Made by a program: the position numbers and the translations under genes. Shown here piece by piece: positions 8,924 to 17,954 of a DNA stretch of 64,000 nt. The notes beneath the pieces were generated by a model. It ran no database searches, was not told the origin of the DNA, and worked only from the letters and a program-made list of their open reading frames with translations. This DNA is from Vicinamibacteria bacterium (lineage in GTDB: Bacteria > Acidobacteriota > Vicinamibacteria > Marinacidobacterales > Marinacidobacteraceae). The first letter of the stretch is position 1. Each line of letters begins with the position of its first letter. The stretch covers positions 1,504,001 to 1,568,000 of the forward strand of contig OZ241322.1 of NCBI GenBank assembly GCA_965199715.1. Reading direction: 5' to 3'.

Positions 8924-10620
8924 GCGTTCGCTTCGGCGGCGAACGCTTCCGCCGCCCGGACGGCGGTGCCGGCGTCGGGGAAGAACCGCACGTTGCGGTC
9001 CTGGCGCAGGCCGAGCTGGTGCATCACTTCGCCCACTTCCGGCTGGATTCCGAAGAAGAAGCAGGTCGTTCCTCTGTCCACGAGGCTCTGCACGAGGTCG
9101 GCCAGCGCGATGCACGCGGTCGGATCGATGAAATAGACGTTGCGCATCCCGAACACGCACGAGGTGCGCAGTTCTCCGGTGTCGGCGAGCAGGTCCGAGA
9201 GGCTGTTCACGGTGCCGTAGAAGAGCGCGCCCCGGAAGGTGATGACCTCGACCTTCGGGGGCAGGCTGATCGGCAGCGGCTCCGGATCGACGATGAGCTC
9301 CTCCGAGTCCATGAGCGCGGTGTCGCCCCGCCGGACGATGAAGACCTCCGAGATCCGCTGGATGAAGACGACCGCCCCCGTCAGCAAGCCCACCGGGATG
9401 ACCCAGCGGATGTCCCAGAACAGCGTCGTGCCCAGCGAGACCCCGAGGATGACGCGCTCGCCGAGCGGCGCCCGCCAGATGGCCCGCATCCGGTCGATCT
9501 CGATCATGCGCGCCGCGACCACGAGCAGCACCGCGGCGAGCGACGCGAGCGGGATGTATTCGAGCGCCCACGAGAAGAACAGGACGAAGAGCGCGACGAA
9601 GATCGCGTGGAACGCTCCCGCGAGCGGCGACTTCGCTCCCGACGAGAGGCAGGTCGCGGTCCGGGCGACGCAGCCGCCGACCGGGAAGCCGCCCCAGACG
9701 GCGGCGGCGATGTTGCCGAACCCGAGCGCGACGAACTCCTCGTTGGGACTGCTCGGCACGCCCCGCGCCCGGCTCGCCATCGAGGCCGCGAGCAGCGACT
9801 CGCTGCTCGACAGGAACGCGATGGCCAGCGCGTAGGGCGCGAGTTCGAACATCAGCTCCGGGATCGCCGGGCGCGGGAACCGGTTCGGCAGCTCGCCGAA
9901 GGTGCTGCCGATCGTGTCCACCGGAAGACCGGCCCACGCCACCGCCACCGCGCCGACCGCGAGTCCCACGACGTAGGCGGGAACGCGCGGCAGGAAACGC
10001 CAGGCGAGGAGCACGGCTCCGAGCGACGCGAAGCCGATGACCGCGGTGCTCGGGTCGAACCCGTCGAGCCGGCTGATCACCCCCTCGACGATGAACATGA
10101 AGTTGTGCGAGTGGGCCTCGCCGTGGCCGTGCGCGTGGTCGTGGGCGGTGTTCCCGAGCCCGAGGAACGGCACGATCTGTCCGGCGAAGATGATGATCCC
10201 CATGCCGGTCACGAACCCGCTGATGACCGCCTGCGGCATGGACTCGATCAGGATCCCGATGCGGGCGAACGCCATCAGCAGCAGGAAAATCCCGGCGAGC
10301 AGCGTCGCCGACATGAGTCCCGAGTAGCCCCAGCCCTCGATCACCACCACCGCGATCAGGATGCAGGCCTCGGTGGGGCCGCCGATCTGGAAGCGGCTCG
10401 CGGTGAACAGCGCGATCACGAGCCCGCCCACGATGATGCCGACGAGGCCCTTGTCGGGGGTCGCGCCCGCGGCGATCGCCACTACGAGCCCGAGCGGCAC
10501 CGCGACCACCGAGACGGTGAGTCCGGCCGTCAGGTCGGTCCCGAGGTCGGACGTCGAGTAGCCGACGGGAATGATGCGGCGGTAGGTCGCCACGAGGAGC
10601 TGCCGCAGTTGCCAGATCAT
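8920..10620 (-). CDS. SulP family anion transporter with STAS domain
   Basis: DLTAGLTV, QIGGPT, NEEFVALGFGNI, GAKSPLAG; C-terminal STAS (GALFYG, VYFIDPT). Confidence 0.92.
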   Translation of the reverse strand: MIWQLRQLLVATYRRIIPVGYSTSDLGTDLTAGLTVSVVAVPLGLVVAIAAGATPDKGLVGIIVGGLVIALFTASRFQIGGPTEACILIAVVVIEGWGYSGLMSATLLAGIFLLLMAFARIGILIESMPQAVISGFVTGMGIIIFAGQIVPFLGLGNTAHDHAHGHGEAHSHNFMFIVEGVISRLDGFDPSTAVIGFASLGAVLLAWRFLPRVPAYVVGLAVGAVAVAWAGLPVDTIGSTFGELPNRFPRPAIPELMFELAPYALAIAFLSSSESLLAASMASRARGVPSSPNEEFVALGFGNIAAAVWGGFPVGGCVARTATCLSSGAKSPLAGAFHAIFVALFVLFFSWALEYIPLASLAAVLLVVAARMIEIDRMRAIWRAPLGERVILGVSLGTTLFWDIRWVIPVGLLTGAVVFIQRISEVFIVRRGDTALMDSEELIVDPEPLPISLPPKVEVITFRGALFYGTVNSLSDLLADTGELRTSCVFGMRNVYFIDPTACIALADLVQSLVDRGTTCFFFGIQPEVGEVMHQLGLRQDRNVRFFPDAGTAVRAAEAFAAEANA

Positions 10621-11405
10621 GCGAGGAGCACCTCGATCGGGGGAAGGGCGTCGTCCGCCGCCTCGGCGGAATACCGCTCGCCGGCGCGGCAGTCGAGCGG
10701 CGGGGTGAGGGTGCCGGTCGTGATCACCTCGCCGGCCTCGAGCGGATGGCCGCCGGCCCGGGCGAGCTCGCCGAGCCGCCCCACGGCGTCCAGCGGGTTG
10801 CCCATGACGAGATCGCCGCGCCCGTCGGCGACCTTCGTCCCGTCAAGGCGCATGGTCAGGGTGAGGTCCCGCAACCGCTCCGACATCTCGTCGGGATCGG
10901 CGATCCGGACCATCGGGCCGAGCGCGAGCGCATGGTGGATGCCCCCCGCCGCGATCGCGTCCGCCGGACGCATCTTCCAGCCGGGATACGGCGAGTCCAC
11001 GACCTCGAATCCGAAACCGACCTCGGCGACCCGCCGGGCGACCGCCGCGCCTCGCTCGCCGTCTTCCGGCGCGGAGGCGAGACGGACGACCACCTCGCAC
11101 TCGATCTTGGGTTCGCGGGCGCCGTCCATCGACATCGGAACGCCGGTCGCGAGCACCGATTCCGCGTACATGCAGCCCCAGACCGGACGATCGAGGCCGG
11201 CGGCTTCCCACAGCGACCGGTTCGTGAACCCGATCTTGCGCCCGACGACCGGGGAGCGCCCGGCCCGCCGGCAGGCGAGCATTCCGGCGATCCGGTAGGC
11301 GTCGTCAAGCCCGAATTCGGGGACGCGCGCGGAAAACGGGGTCAACTTCGTCCCGGCGGCGCGCGCCGCCTCGATCTCGGCGCAAATCGCCTCCGGTTCC
11401 AGCAT
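10617..11405 (-). CDS. 2-keto-4-pentenoate hydratase / FAA hydrolase family protein
   Basis: GRKIGFTN, PKIECE, FEVVDS, GNPLDAV, GEVITTGTLT. Confidence 0.88.
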   Translation of the reverse strand: MLEPEAICAEIEAARAAGTKLTPFSARVPEFGLDDAYRIAGMLACRRAGRSPVVGRKIGFTNRSLWEAAGLDRPVWGCMYAESVLATGVPMSMDGAREPKIECEVVVRLASAPEDGERGAAVARRVAEVGFGFEVVDSPYPGWKMRPADAIAAGGIHHALALGPMVRIADPDEMSERLRDLTLTMRLDGTKVADGRGDLVMGNPLDAVGRLGELARAGGHPLEAGEVITTGTLTPPLDCRAGERYSAEAADDALPPIEVLLA

Positions 11406-11448
11406 CGGTCGTTCGATGCAAAGTGTACGGCTACGCTTCCCCGTTTCC

Positions 11449-11823
11449 ATGTTCGCGATCGCCGTCCGCGACCATTTCATGTGTTCGCACTCGCTTCCGG
11501 GCGAAGTCTTCGGCCCGGCGCAGAACCGCCACGGCGCGACGTACGCCGTCACCGTCGAGTTCCGGACCGAGGCGCTCGACGAGCACAACATCGTCCTCGA
11601 CCTCGCTTGGGCGAAGGACGCGCTGGGCGACGCGCTCGCGCCGCTTCGTTACGCCGATCTGGACGAGCTCTTCCCCGGGGAGTTCACCACGACCGAGTTC
11701 CTCTGCCGCCGCATCCACCAGGCGGTCGCAACCCGCCTTCCCGATTCCTTCCGGGGGTCCGTCCGGGTCCAGTTGGACGAGAACCCCCAGATGTACGCCT
11801 CCTACGAGGCCGCCGCGCCATGA
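11449..11823 (+). CDS. 6-pyruvoyl-tetrahydropterin synthase family (COG0720) protein
   Basis: VRDHFMCSHS...FGPAQNRHGATY...TTEF...LDENP. Confidence 0.85.
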   Translation: MFAIAVRDHFMCSHSLPGEVFGPAQNRHGATYAVTVEFRTEALDEHNIVLDLAWAKDALGDALAPLRYADLDELFPGEFTTTEFLCRRIHQAVATRLPDSFRGSVRVQLDENPQMYASYEAAAP

Positions 11824-12962
11824 CCAAATCCCTCGACACCCGGGCGATCCACGAGGGCGCCCTCGACCCGCGCCCGCTCGGGGCGGTCTCGACCCCGGTC
11901 TTCCAGACCGCGAATTTCGAGTACCACGGCGAGCAGTACCACGACGTGGGCTACCTCCGGCTCTCGAACAGCCCGAACCACCGGGTGCTCCACGCCCGGA
12001 TCGCCTCGCTGGAGGCGGCCGAGGACGCGCTCGTCACCGGCAGCGGCATGGCCGCGATCAGCGGCGCGCTCTTCGCGTTCCTGAGCGCCGGCGACCACCT
12101 GCTGGTCCAGGACGTGGTGTACGGCGGCACCGCGAACCTGCTCCAGCGCGACCTGCCCCGGTTCGGGATCTCGCACACGCGCATCGATCCGCAGGACCCG
12201 GACTCGTGGGAACCGGCGCTCACCCCGGCGACCCGGATGATCTACGTCGAGACGCTCACGAACCCGCTGGTGCAGATGGCCGACCTCGAGGCGGTGGTCC
12301 GCTTCGCCCGCGACCGGGGCCTTCTCTCGCTGATCGACAACACGTTCGCGAGCCCAGTGCTGTGCCGCCCGGCCGCGCTCGGCTTCGACCTCGTCATGGA
12401 GAGCGCGACCAAGTACATGAATGGCCACAACGACCTCGTGGCCGGCGCGGTCTCGGGGTCCGCCGAGCGCATCCGGGCGATCAAGCACGTCCTCGACCAC
12501 CTCGGCGGATCGCTCGACCCCCACGCCTGCGTGCTGCTCGAGCGCGGCCTCAAGACCATCGGCCTTCGGGTGCGCCGGCAGTCGGCCACCGCGCTCGCGC
12601 TGGCGCGGTTCCTCGAAGGGAGGCCCGAAGTCGCCCGGGTCCACTATCCCGGACTCGAGTCGCACCCCTCGTACGAGCGGGCGGCGCGGCTCCTCGACGG
12701 CGGGTTCGGCGGGATGATGGCCTTCGAGCTGTCCGGCGGCGCGGAGGCCGCCGAGCGGTTCCAGGCGAAGCTGACGTTGCCGGCGGTGGCGGCGAGCCTC
12801 GGCGGCGTGGAGTCGCTCATCGTGCGCCCGGCGGCGGCGATCCACAGCGGCCTCTCGCCCGGGGAGCGCGCGTCGCAGGGGATTTCGGAGGGGCTCATGC
12901 GGTTTTCGACCGGAGTCGAGTCGGCCGAAGACCTCATCGCCGACTTCACGAACGCGCTCTGA
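11820..12962 (+). CDS. Cys/Met metabolism PLP-dependent lyase (cystathionine gamma-synthase/lyase family)
   Basis: SGMAAI, YGGT, IDNTFASP, SATKYMNGH (PLP Lys), SLGGVESL. Confidence 0.92.
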   Translation: MTKSLDTRAIHEGALDPRPLGAVSTPVFQTANFEYHGEQYHDVGYLRLSNSPNHRVLHARIASLEAAEDALVTGSGMAAISGALFAFLSAGDHLLVQDVVYGGTANLLQRDLPRFGISHTRIDPQDPDSWEPALTPATRMIYVETLTNPLVQMADLEAVVRFARDRGLLSLIDNTFASPVLCRPAALGFDLVMESATKYMNGHNDLVAGAVSGSAERIRAIKHVLDHLGGSLDPHACVLLERGLKTIGLRVRRQSATALALARFLEGRPEVARVHYPGLESHPSYERAARLLDGGFGGMMAFELSGGAEAAERFQAKLTLPAVAASLGGVESLIVRPAAAIHSGLSPGERASQGISEGLMRFSTGVESAEDLIADFTNAL

Positions 12963-14202
12963 GGAACCCCTCCCGGACCAGGAACGCGACCGCGTCGGGG
13001 TCCGAGCCGACGGGGTTGCGGAAGACCGGGGCGAGCGCGATCCCCCGGAACCGGTGGACCGGGCGCCGCCCGGGACGCGCGACGACCGTCGCCGGGACGA
13101 TCCAGTCCCCCCGAAGCACGCCCTCGGTCGCGACCCCGGCCCCGGGCGCGGGTTCGAGCGTTCCGCCGCCGGCGGGCGGCGGCGGCCGCGGCGGCCGGGA
13201 GCGGGCGCGCCAGAACGGCGCCTCGGCGTAGCGGGTTTCGGCGGCGTAGGTCGCTCCGATCCGCTCCTCGGCGTCCCGGGCGAGGCCGGCCTCGCGCAGC
13301 CGACAGTAGCGGAACGCGAGCTCGGCGCATTCCGGCCGCTCCAGCGCGGTGCGGATCGCGACCGCGGCGGTGAGGCCGGAGTCCATGGCCTTGAGCGCTC
13401 CCTGCCCGGTCAGCGGATCGAGCGCGCTCCATGCGTCGCCCACCGCGAGCGCCGGTGCGTCCGTATCCAGCCGGTAGGGGGTCACGTCGGCGGCCCGTGC
13501 GGGGCCCAACGGCCCGCCGACCACGAATCCGTCCAGATCGACCTGGCGGAGCGCGTCCTCGAACCCGCTTCTCGCGTCGCCGGCGTCCACCATCACGGTC
13601 ACGTCCCGCTCCCGCCGGCGCCCGACGATCGGGGCGGTCCACAGCCATCCGCGCTCGAACGAGGCCACGAGCGTCGCGTTCCTCGGGCCGGGCCGGAAGT
13701 GCGCGGTCAGCGCCGTGGTGCGGAAGCCGGGCCGGATGCGATGGTCCCGGGTGAGCGCGCCGCGCCGCCCGGTCGCATCGACCAGGATACCGGCCTCGAT
13801 GCGCCGGCCGCCGACCCGGATGCGCTCCGGTCCGTCCGGCTGCGCGCTTCCCGGAAGGACCTCCGCGCCGGCCCGCGCCGCCGCCTCGACCGCCCAGGCG
13901 TCCAGGCGGTCGCGCCGGACGAGCCGCTGCCCCTCGCCGGACTCGGGCTGGGCCGCGATCCGGTCCTCGCGCCCGCCCCAGCGCACGATGTGGTCCGGCG
14001 GTCGCGGGGCGAAGACCGCGGAGGGAAGCTCCAGCCCGTAGGATGCGAGCAGCCGGACCGAGGATGTCGCGAGGCTCTCGCCTAGGTGGTGCAGGAACCG
14101 CCGCCGTCCCTGGACCAGCAGCGCCCGCACGCCGTACCGGGCGAGCTGCCGGGCGGCCAGCGCCCCCGCCGGACCGGCGCCGACGACGGCGACCGGAAAC
14201 AC
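12946..14202 (-). CDS. FAD-dependent oxidoreductase (halogenase/LodB-like)
   Basis: VVGAGPAG Rossmann motif, GESL, DATGR, GWLWTAP, GDAWSALDPLTGQG, ETRY...PFW. Confidence 0.82.
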   Translation of the reverse strand: MFPVAVVGAGPAGALAARQLARYGVRALLVQGRRRFLHHLGESLATSSVRLLASYGLELPSAVFAPRPPDHIVRWGGREDRIAAQPESGEGQRLVRRDRLDAWAVEAAARAGAEVLPGSAQPDGPERIRVGGRRIEAGILVDATGRRGALTRDHRIRPGFRTTALTAHFRPGPRNATLVASFERGWLWTAPIVGRRRERDVTVMVDAGDARSGFEDALRQVDLDGFVVGGPLGPARAADVTPYRLDTDAPALAVGDAWSALDPLTGQGALKAMDSGLTAAVAIRTALERPECAELAFRYCRLREAGLARDAEERIGATYAAETRYAEAPFWRARSRPPRPPPPAGGGTLEPAPGAGVATEGVLRGDWIVPATVVARPGRRPVHRFRGIALAPVFRNPVGSDPDAVAFLVREGFLRARS

Positions 14203-16634
14203 TACCGGCGGGCGACCCGTTCGAGCGCCTCGCGCACTCCTTCGAGCACGAGCTCCCGCTGGGCCTCGTCGTCCCAATCGTCCCGGCGCTCCATGGCCGC
14301 GCCGAACTCGCGGATGCGCTCCTCCATGTAGGCCCGGTCCGCCTCGACCGCGATCCCGCGTCCGTCGAGCACGACGTACACCGGCGAGGAGTGCGCGAAC
14401 AACTGGCTGTCGGTCGTCCAGTGCGAGCGCGGCCCCTCGGCCCGCAGCGCGATCCACGCGCTCTCCTCGACCAGCAGGTCGCCGTCGAGGCGCAGCTCGA
14501 ACGGCCCGTCGCCCGCCAGCGCTTCGGCGACGGCCGTCCGCGCCGGCCTTCCGTTCACGAGAAGCTCCAGCCGCTCCATCGGGACCGCCGAGACCGCCCG
14601 CGCCCGAATTGAGAGCGTCGCCGGCCCGTCCCGGCGAATCTCGTCGCCCATCCCGAGGCCTTCGACCTCGAGCTCCAGCAGTGGCCCGTTGGTGGCGAAG
14701 CTGCGCCCGGCCCGAAGCGCCTCCCCCCACGCCGGCACGGTGAGCTCGCCCTCGACGAGCGCGTAGGTGCGCCCGGTGCCGAGCGGCGGATCCCGCGACG
14801 TGTCCGAGAAGGTGTCCGACCCGCCGGCCGCCGCGAGCCGGAATCCGGCGTTGAGGAGCCGCGCATAGATCGCCGCCGCCCCGATCTCGGAGCTGGGGAT
14901 GCAGTTGACGTCGAAGAAGTCGGCGACGCCGAGCGCCGCGTCCACCGGAATCTCCGACGGCGACGCGCCGGCGAACGGCTCGCCCTCGGCGAGGTAGCCG
15001 AAGTACGGGTGCGGCATCCCGACCACGAGGTGGTCGCCCTGCTCGGCCCGGATCCGCCGGACGTACTCGAACAGCGGCGGGAACGGCGCCGCCCGGGCGG
15101 TCCCCGGAACGCCGGTGGCCAGCGGATAGAAGAGCCGCTCCGGGTTCAGGAACGTCCGGTGGCCGAAGGGCATCCGGTACTCCTGCCCGTAGCGCAGCAG
15201 CACCCCGCCCCGGGAGGCGGGATGGACCCCGGCGACGAACCGCGCCGGGTCGCCCATCGTGCGGGTGCCGTCCACGTGGATGAGCGCGTGCACCACCCGG
15301 ACCGCCTCGGCCTCGGCCTGCGCCACCAGATCCTCGGGGGTGATCCGAAGGTCGCCGGCGTGGAGGTCGTGGACGTGGGTGTCGCCGGAGTGCCAGTTCC
15401 GGTCGGCGAGGTCGATGAACCGGGTGAACGCGGCGTCGATCACGGTTTCCTCGCCGGACACGATCTCGACCTCCTCCTCCCACGGCAGGAACTCCACTCC
15501 GCGCTTCAGGCGCACCGTCGCTGTCCCCGGCGGAAGCTCCACCGTGAACGCTCCCGAGACGTGGAAGTAGTGGGTCTCGGTGTACGAGACGATCCGCCGG
15601 AAGACGCCCCGGGGCGCGTGCGCCAGCCCGTCCGCGCCGAGCACCGTCGCCCGCGCCGGGGCCGCCGGGCGCACGGTCAGCCGCCCCCACGCCGGGCCGT
15701 CGCGCCGCAGGCCGGTGATCGGAACCGGGCGCGCCGAGCCGCCCTCCACGCCGATGATCTCGAGTCGGGGGTCGCCGTCCCGGTTCGTCGCGTACGCGAT
15801 CTCCCGGCTGTCCGGCGACCACGAGGGATCGCGCTCGTCCCAGTCCTCGTCGCGGGTCAGCCGGAACGGGTGTCCGCCCGAGGCCGGCAGCAGGTACAGG
15901 TCGTAGGCGCCCCGCGCGTCCGAGGCGAAGGCGATCCGGCGGCCGTCGGGGGAGACCGCGGGCCGGGTTCGGAAGGTGGTCTCCTCGGTGTGGATCTCGG
16001 TGAAGTCCGTCGGCCCCTCGACCCGGAAGATTCCGCCGGTCCCGGGCGCGTCGGACCTCGACGAGACCGCCACGACGAACCCGGGCCCCGGATCCGGCTG
16101 GATCTCGTTGCTCGAGCCGCCGAAGACGAGCGAGTCCGAGCCGTCCGGAGCGACGAGGCGGATGTCGAAACTCCCGGACTCCGCCGAAGAATAGAGGACG
16201 CCGCCGTCGGCGCGGGCCTTCGGGTGGAAGTCCATCGCCGCGTCCGTCGTCAGTTGGACCGCGGTCCCGCCCTCCGCCGGAACCCGCCAGATATCGAGGT
16301 TTCCGTCCGTGTCGCGGGAAAACACGATCGCCCGTCCGTCCGGGGTCCAGTCCGGCTCGAAGTCGTAGGTCGCCGCCCCGCCGGTGATCTGGTGCGCCTC
16401 GCCGCCCGCGACCGGAACCGCCCAGATCCGCCCGTCCATCGAGAACGCGATCTCCCGGCCGTCCGGCGACCACGCCGGATACGCCGGCCACGACGTGACC
16501 CGGGGCACGAGGTAGTTCTCGATCCGGATCTGCCCGCCGGCCACCGGCGGATAGCGGAGCGGGGACATCTGCGCCCCGGCGCTCGCGGCGACCGAGAGGA
16601 CCGCGGCGAGGATCAGGTGGCGACGATCTGGCAA
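14202..16634 (-). CDS. CehA/McbA-like metallohydrolase with N-terminal TolB-like (PD40) beta-propeller
   Basis: Signal peptide after a TTG start; repeated PAWSPDG/PDWTPDG/PSWSPDS; WHSGDTHVH, GQEY, GGSD, ATNGP, FAHSSP. Confidence 0.82.
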   Translation of the reverse strand: MPDRRHLILAAVLSVAASAGAQMSPLRYPPVAGGQIRIENYLVPRVTSWPAYPAWSPDGREIAFSMDGRIWAVPVAGGEAHQITGGAATYDFEPDWTPDGRAIVFSRDTDGNLDIWRVPAEGGTAVQLTTDAAMDFHPKARADGGVLYSSAESGSFDIRLVAPDGSDSLVFGGSSNEIQPDPGPGFVVAVSSRSDAPGTGGIFRVEGPTDFTEIHTEETTFRTRPAVSPDGRRIAFASDARGAYDLYLLPASGGHPFRLTRDEDWDERDPSWSPDSREIAYATNRDGDPRLEIIGVEGGSARPVPITGLRRDGPAWGRLTVRPAAPARATVLGADGLAHAPRGVFRRIVSYTETHYFHVSGAFTVELPPGTATVRLKRGVEFLPWEEEVEIVSGEETVIDAAFTRFIDLADRNWHSGDTHVHDLHAGDLRITPEDLVAQAEAEAVRVVHALIHVDGTRTMGDPARFVAGVHPASRGGVLLRYGQEYRMPFGHRTFLNPERLFYPLATGVPGTARAAPFPPLFEYVRRIRAEQGDHLVVGMPHPYFGYLAEGEPFAGASPSEIPVDAALGVADFFDVNCIPSSEIGAAAIYARLLNAGFRLAAAGGSDTFSDTSRDPPLGTGRTYALVEGELTVPAWGEALRAGRSFATNGPLLELEVEGLGMGDEIRRDGPATLSIRARAVSAVPMERLELLVNGRPARTAVAEALAGDGPFELRLDGDLLVEESAWIALRAEGPRSHWTTDSQLFAHSSPVYVVLDGRGIAVEADRAYMEERIREFGAAMERRDDWDDEAQRELVLEGVREALERVARR

Positions 16635-17521
16635 GAGTCGTGGGGGCTGTGGACCTCGGAGGACTCCGGCTGGATCGTCACGTGGCGGATGCCGAAGTCG
16701 TCCCGCAGCATGGCGTGCGCGGCTCGCAGGATCACGTCCGGGGCGACCTCGCCATCGATTTCGGCGTGGCACGAAAGCGACACGAAGTCGTTGTTCACGG
16801 TCCAGATGTGGAGATCGTGGATTCCGGTGACTCCGGGCAGCGCCGCGAGCCGTTCGCGGACCGCCGCTGAATCCACGTGCTCCGGGGTCGTGAGCATCAG
16901 CACCGAGACGCTGTCGCGCAGCAGGCGGGCCGCCGAGACCACCAGCAGCGCGGCGATGCCGAGCGACGCCAGCGCGTCCACCGGCGTCCAGCCGGTGAAA
17001 TGGATCACGATCGCCGACGCGATGACCCCGGCGGAGCCGAGCGCGTCGCCGAGGACGTGCAGGAAGGCGCCCCGGATGTTCAGGTTGCTGTGATGGTGCC
17101 CGCCGAGCAGGTGGAGCGCGAAGAGGTTCACGAGAAGCCCGATGATCGCGATCACGAGCACCGGCAGCGCCGCGATCTCCACGTCGGACCCGAGCCGGGG
17201 AATCGCCCGGACGGCGACCCACGCCGAAATCGCGAGCAGGAAGCCCGCGTTCACGAGCGCGGCGAGGACTTCGGCCCGGTGGAAGCCGAAGGTGCGCTTG
17301 GCGGTCAGGGGCCGGGCCGCGAGCCACGAAGCCAGCAGCGCGACCCCGAGCGCCGCGGCGTCGGTGACCATGTGGCCGGCGTCGCCCTGGAGCGCGAGGC
17401 TGTTCGCCCAGACGCCGCCGATGAACTGCGCGGCCGCCAGCAGCAACGTGCAGCACAGCGTGAGCAGCAGCGTCTTCGGGGACGTGCGATGCGTGTGCCC
17501 GTGGTCGTGCGCGTCACTCAT
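16613..17521 (-). CDS. Cation diffusion facilitator (CzcD/ZitB-like Zn/Co/Cd efflux)
   Basis: His-rich N-terminus, SLALQGDAGHMVTD, AFLHVLGD, HDLHIW, HVTIQPE. Confidence 0.93.
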   Translation of the reverse strand: MSDAHDHGHTHRTSPKTLLLTLCCTLLLAAAQFIGGVWANSLALQGDAGHMVTDAAALGVALLASWLAARPLTAKRTFGFHRAEVLAALVNAGFLLAISAWVAVRAIPRLGSDVEIAALPVLVIAIIGLLVNLFALHLLGGHHHSNLNIRGAFLHVLGDALGSAGVIASAIVIHFTGWTPVDALASLGIAALLVVSAARLLRDSVSVLMLTTPEHVDSAAVRERLAALPGVTGIHDLHIWTVNNDFVSLSCHAEIDGEVAPDVILRAAHAMLRDDFGIRHVTIQPESSEVHSPHDSCQIVAT

Positions 17522-17608
17522 CGGGTTCGGAACATAACGCACCCGCGCCGGAAGGAGCCGTCGCTAGAATCCGGCCCCGAACAACCCGTTCCCGAGAGGA
17601 GGAGTCCC

Positions 17609-17941
17609 ATGGCGGAAGGCAAGGTCATCGAACTGACCTCATCCAACTTTGACGCGACCGTTTCCGGCTCGAAGCCGAGCCTCGTGGATTTCTGGGCCGA
17701 GTGGTGCGGACCCTGCAGGATGATCGCCCCCACGATCAGCGAGCTCGCCGACGATTTCGACGGGCGCGCCAGCGTCGGCAAGGTGAACGTGGACGACGAG
17801 CCCCGGATCGCGGAGAAGTTCCGCGTCCGCTCGATCCCGACCCTCCTCTTCTTCCGCGACGGCGAGGTCGTCGGCCAGATCGTCGGCGTCCAGTCGAAGC
17901 CGAAGCTCGCCGCTCGCCTGGAGCAGCTCGTCAGCGCCTGA
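17609..17941 (+). CDS. trxA: Thioredoxin
   Basis: WAEWCGPC; SD AGGAGG; -10-like TAGAAT at 17565-17570. Confidence 0.95.
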   Translation: MAEGKVIELTSSNFDATVSGSKPSLVDFWAEWCGPCRMIAPTISELADDFDGRASVGKVNVDDEPRIAEKFRVRSIPTLLFFRDGEVVGQIVGVQSKPKLAARLEQLVSA

Positions 17942-17954
17942 GCGGAGGCGACTC

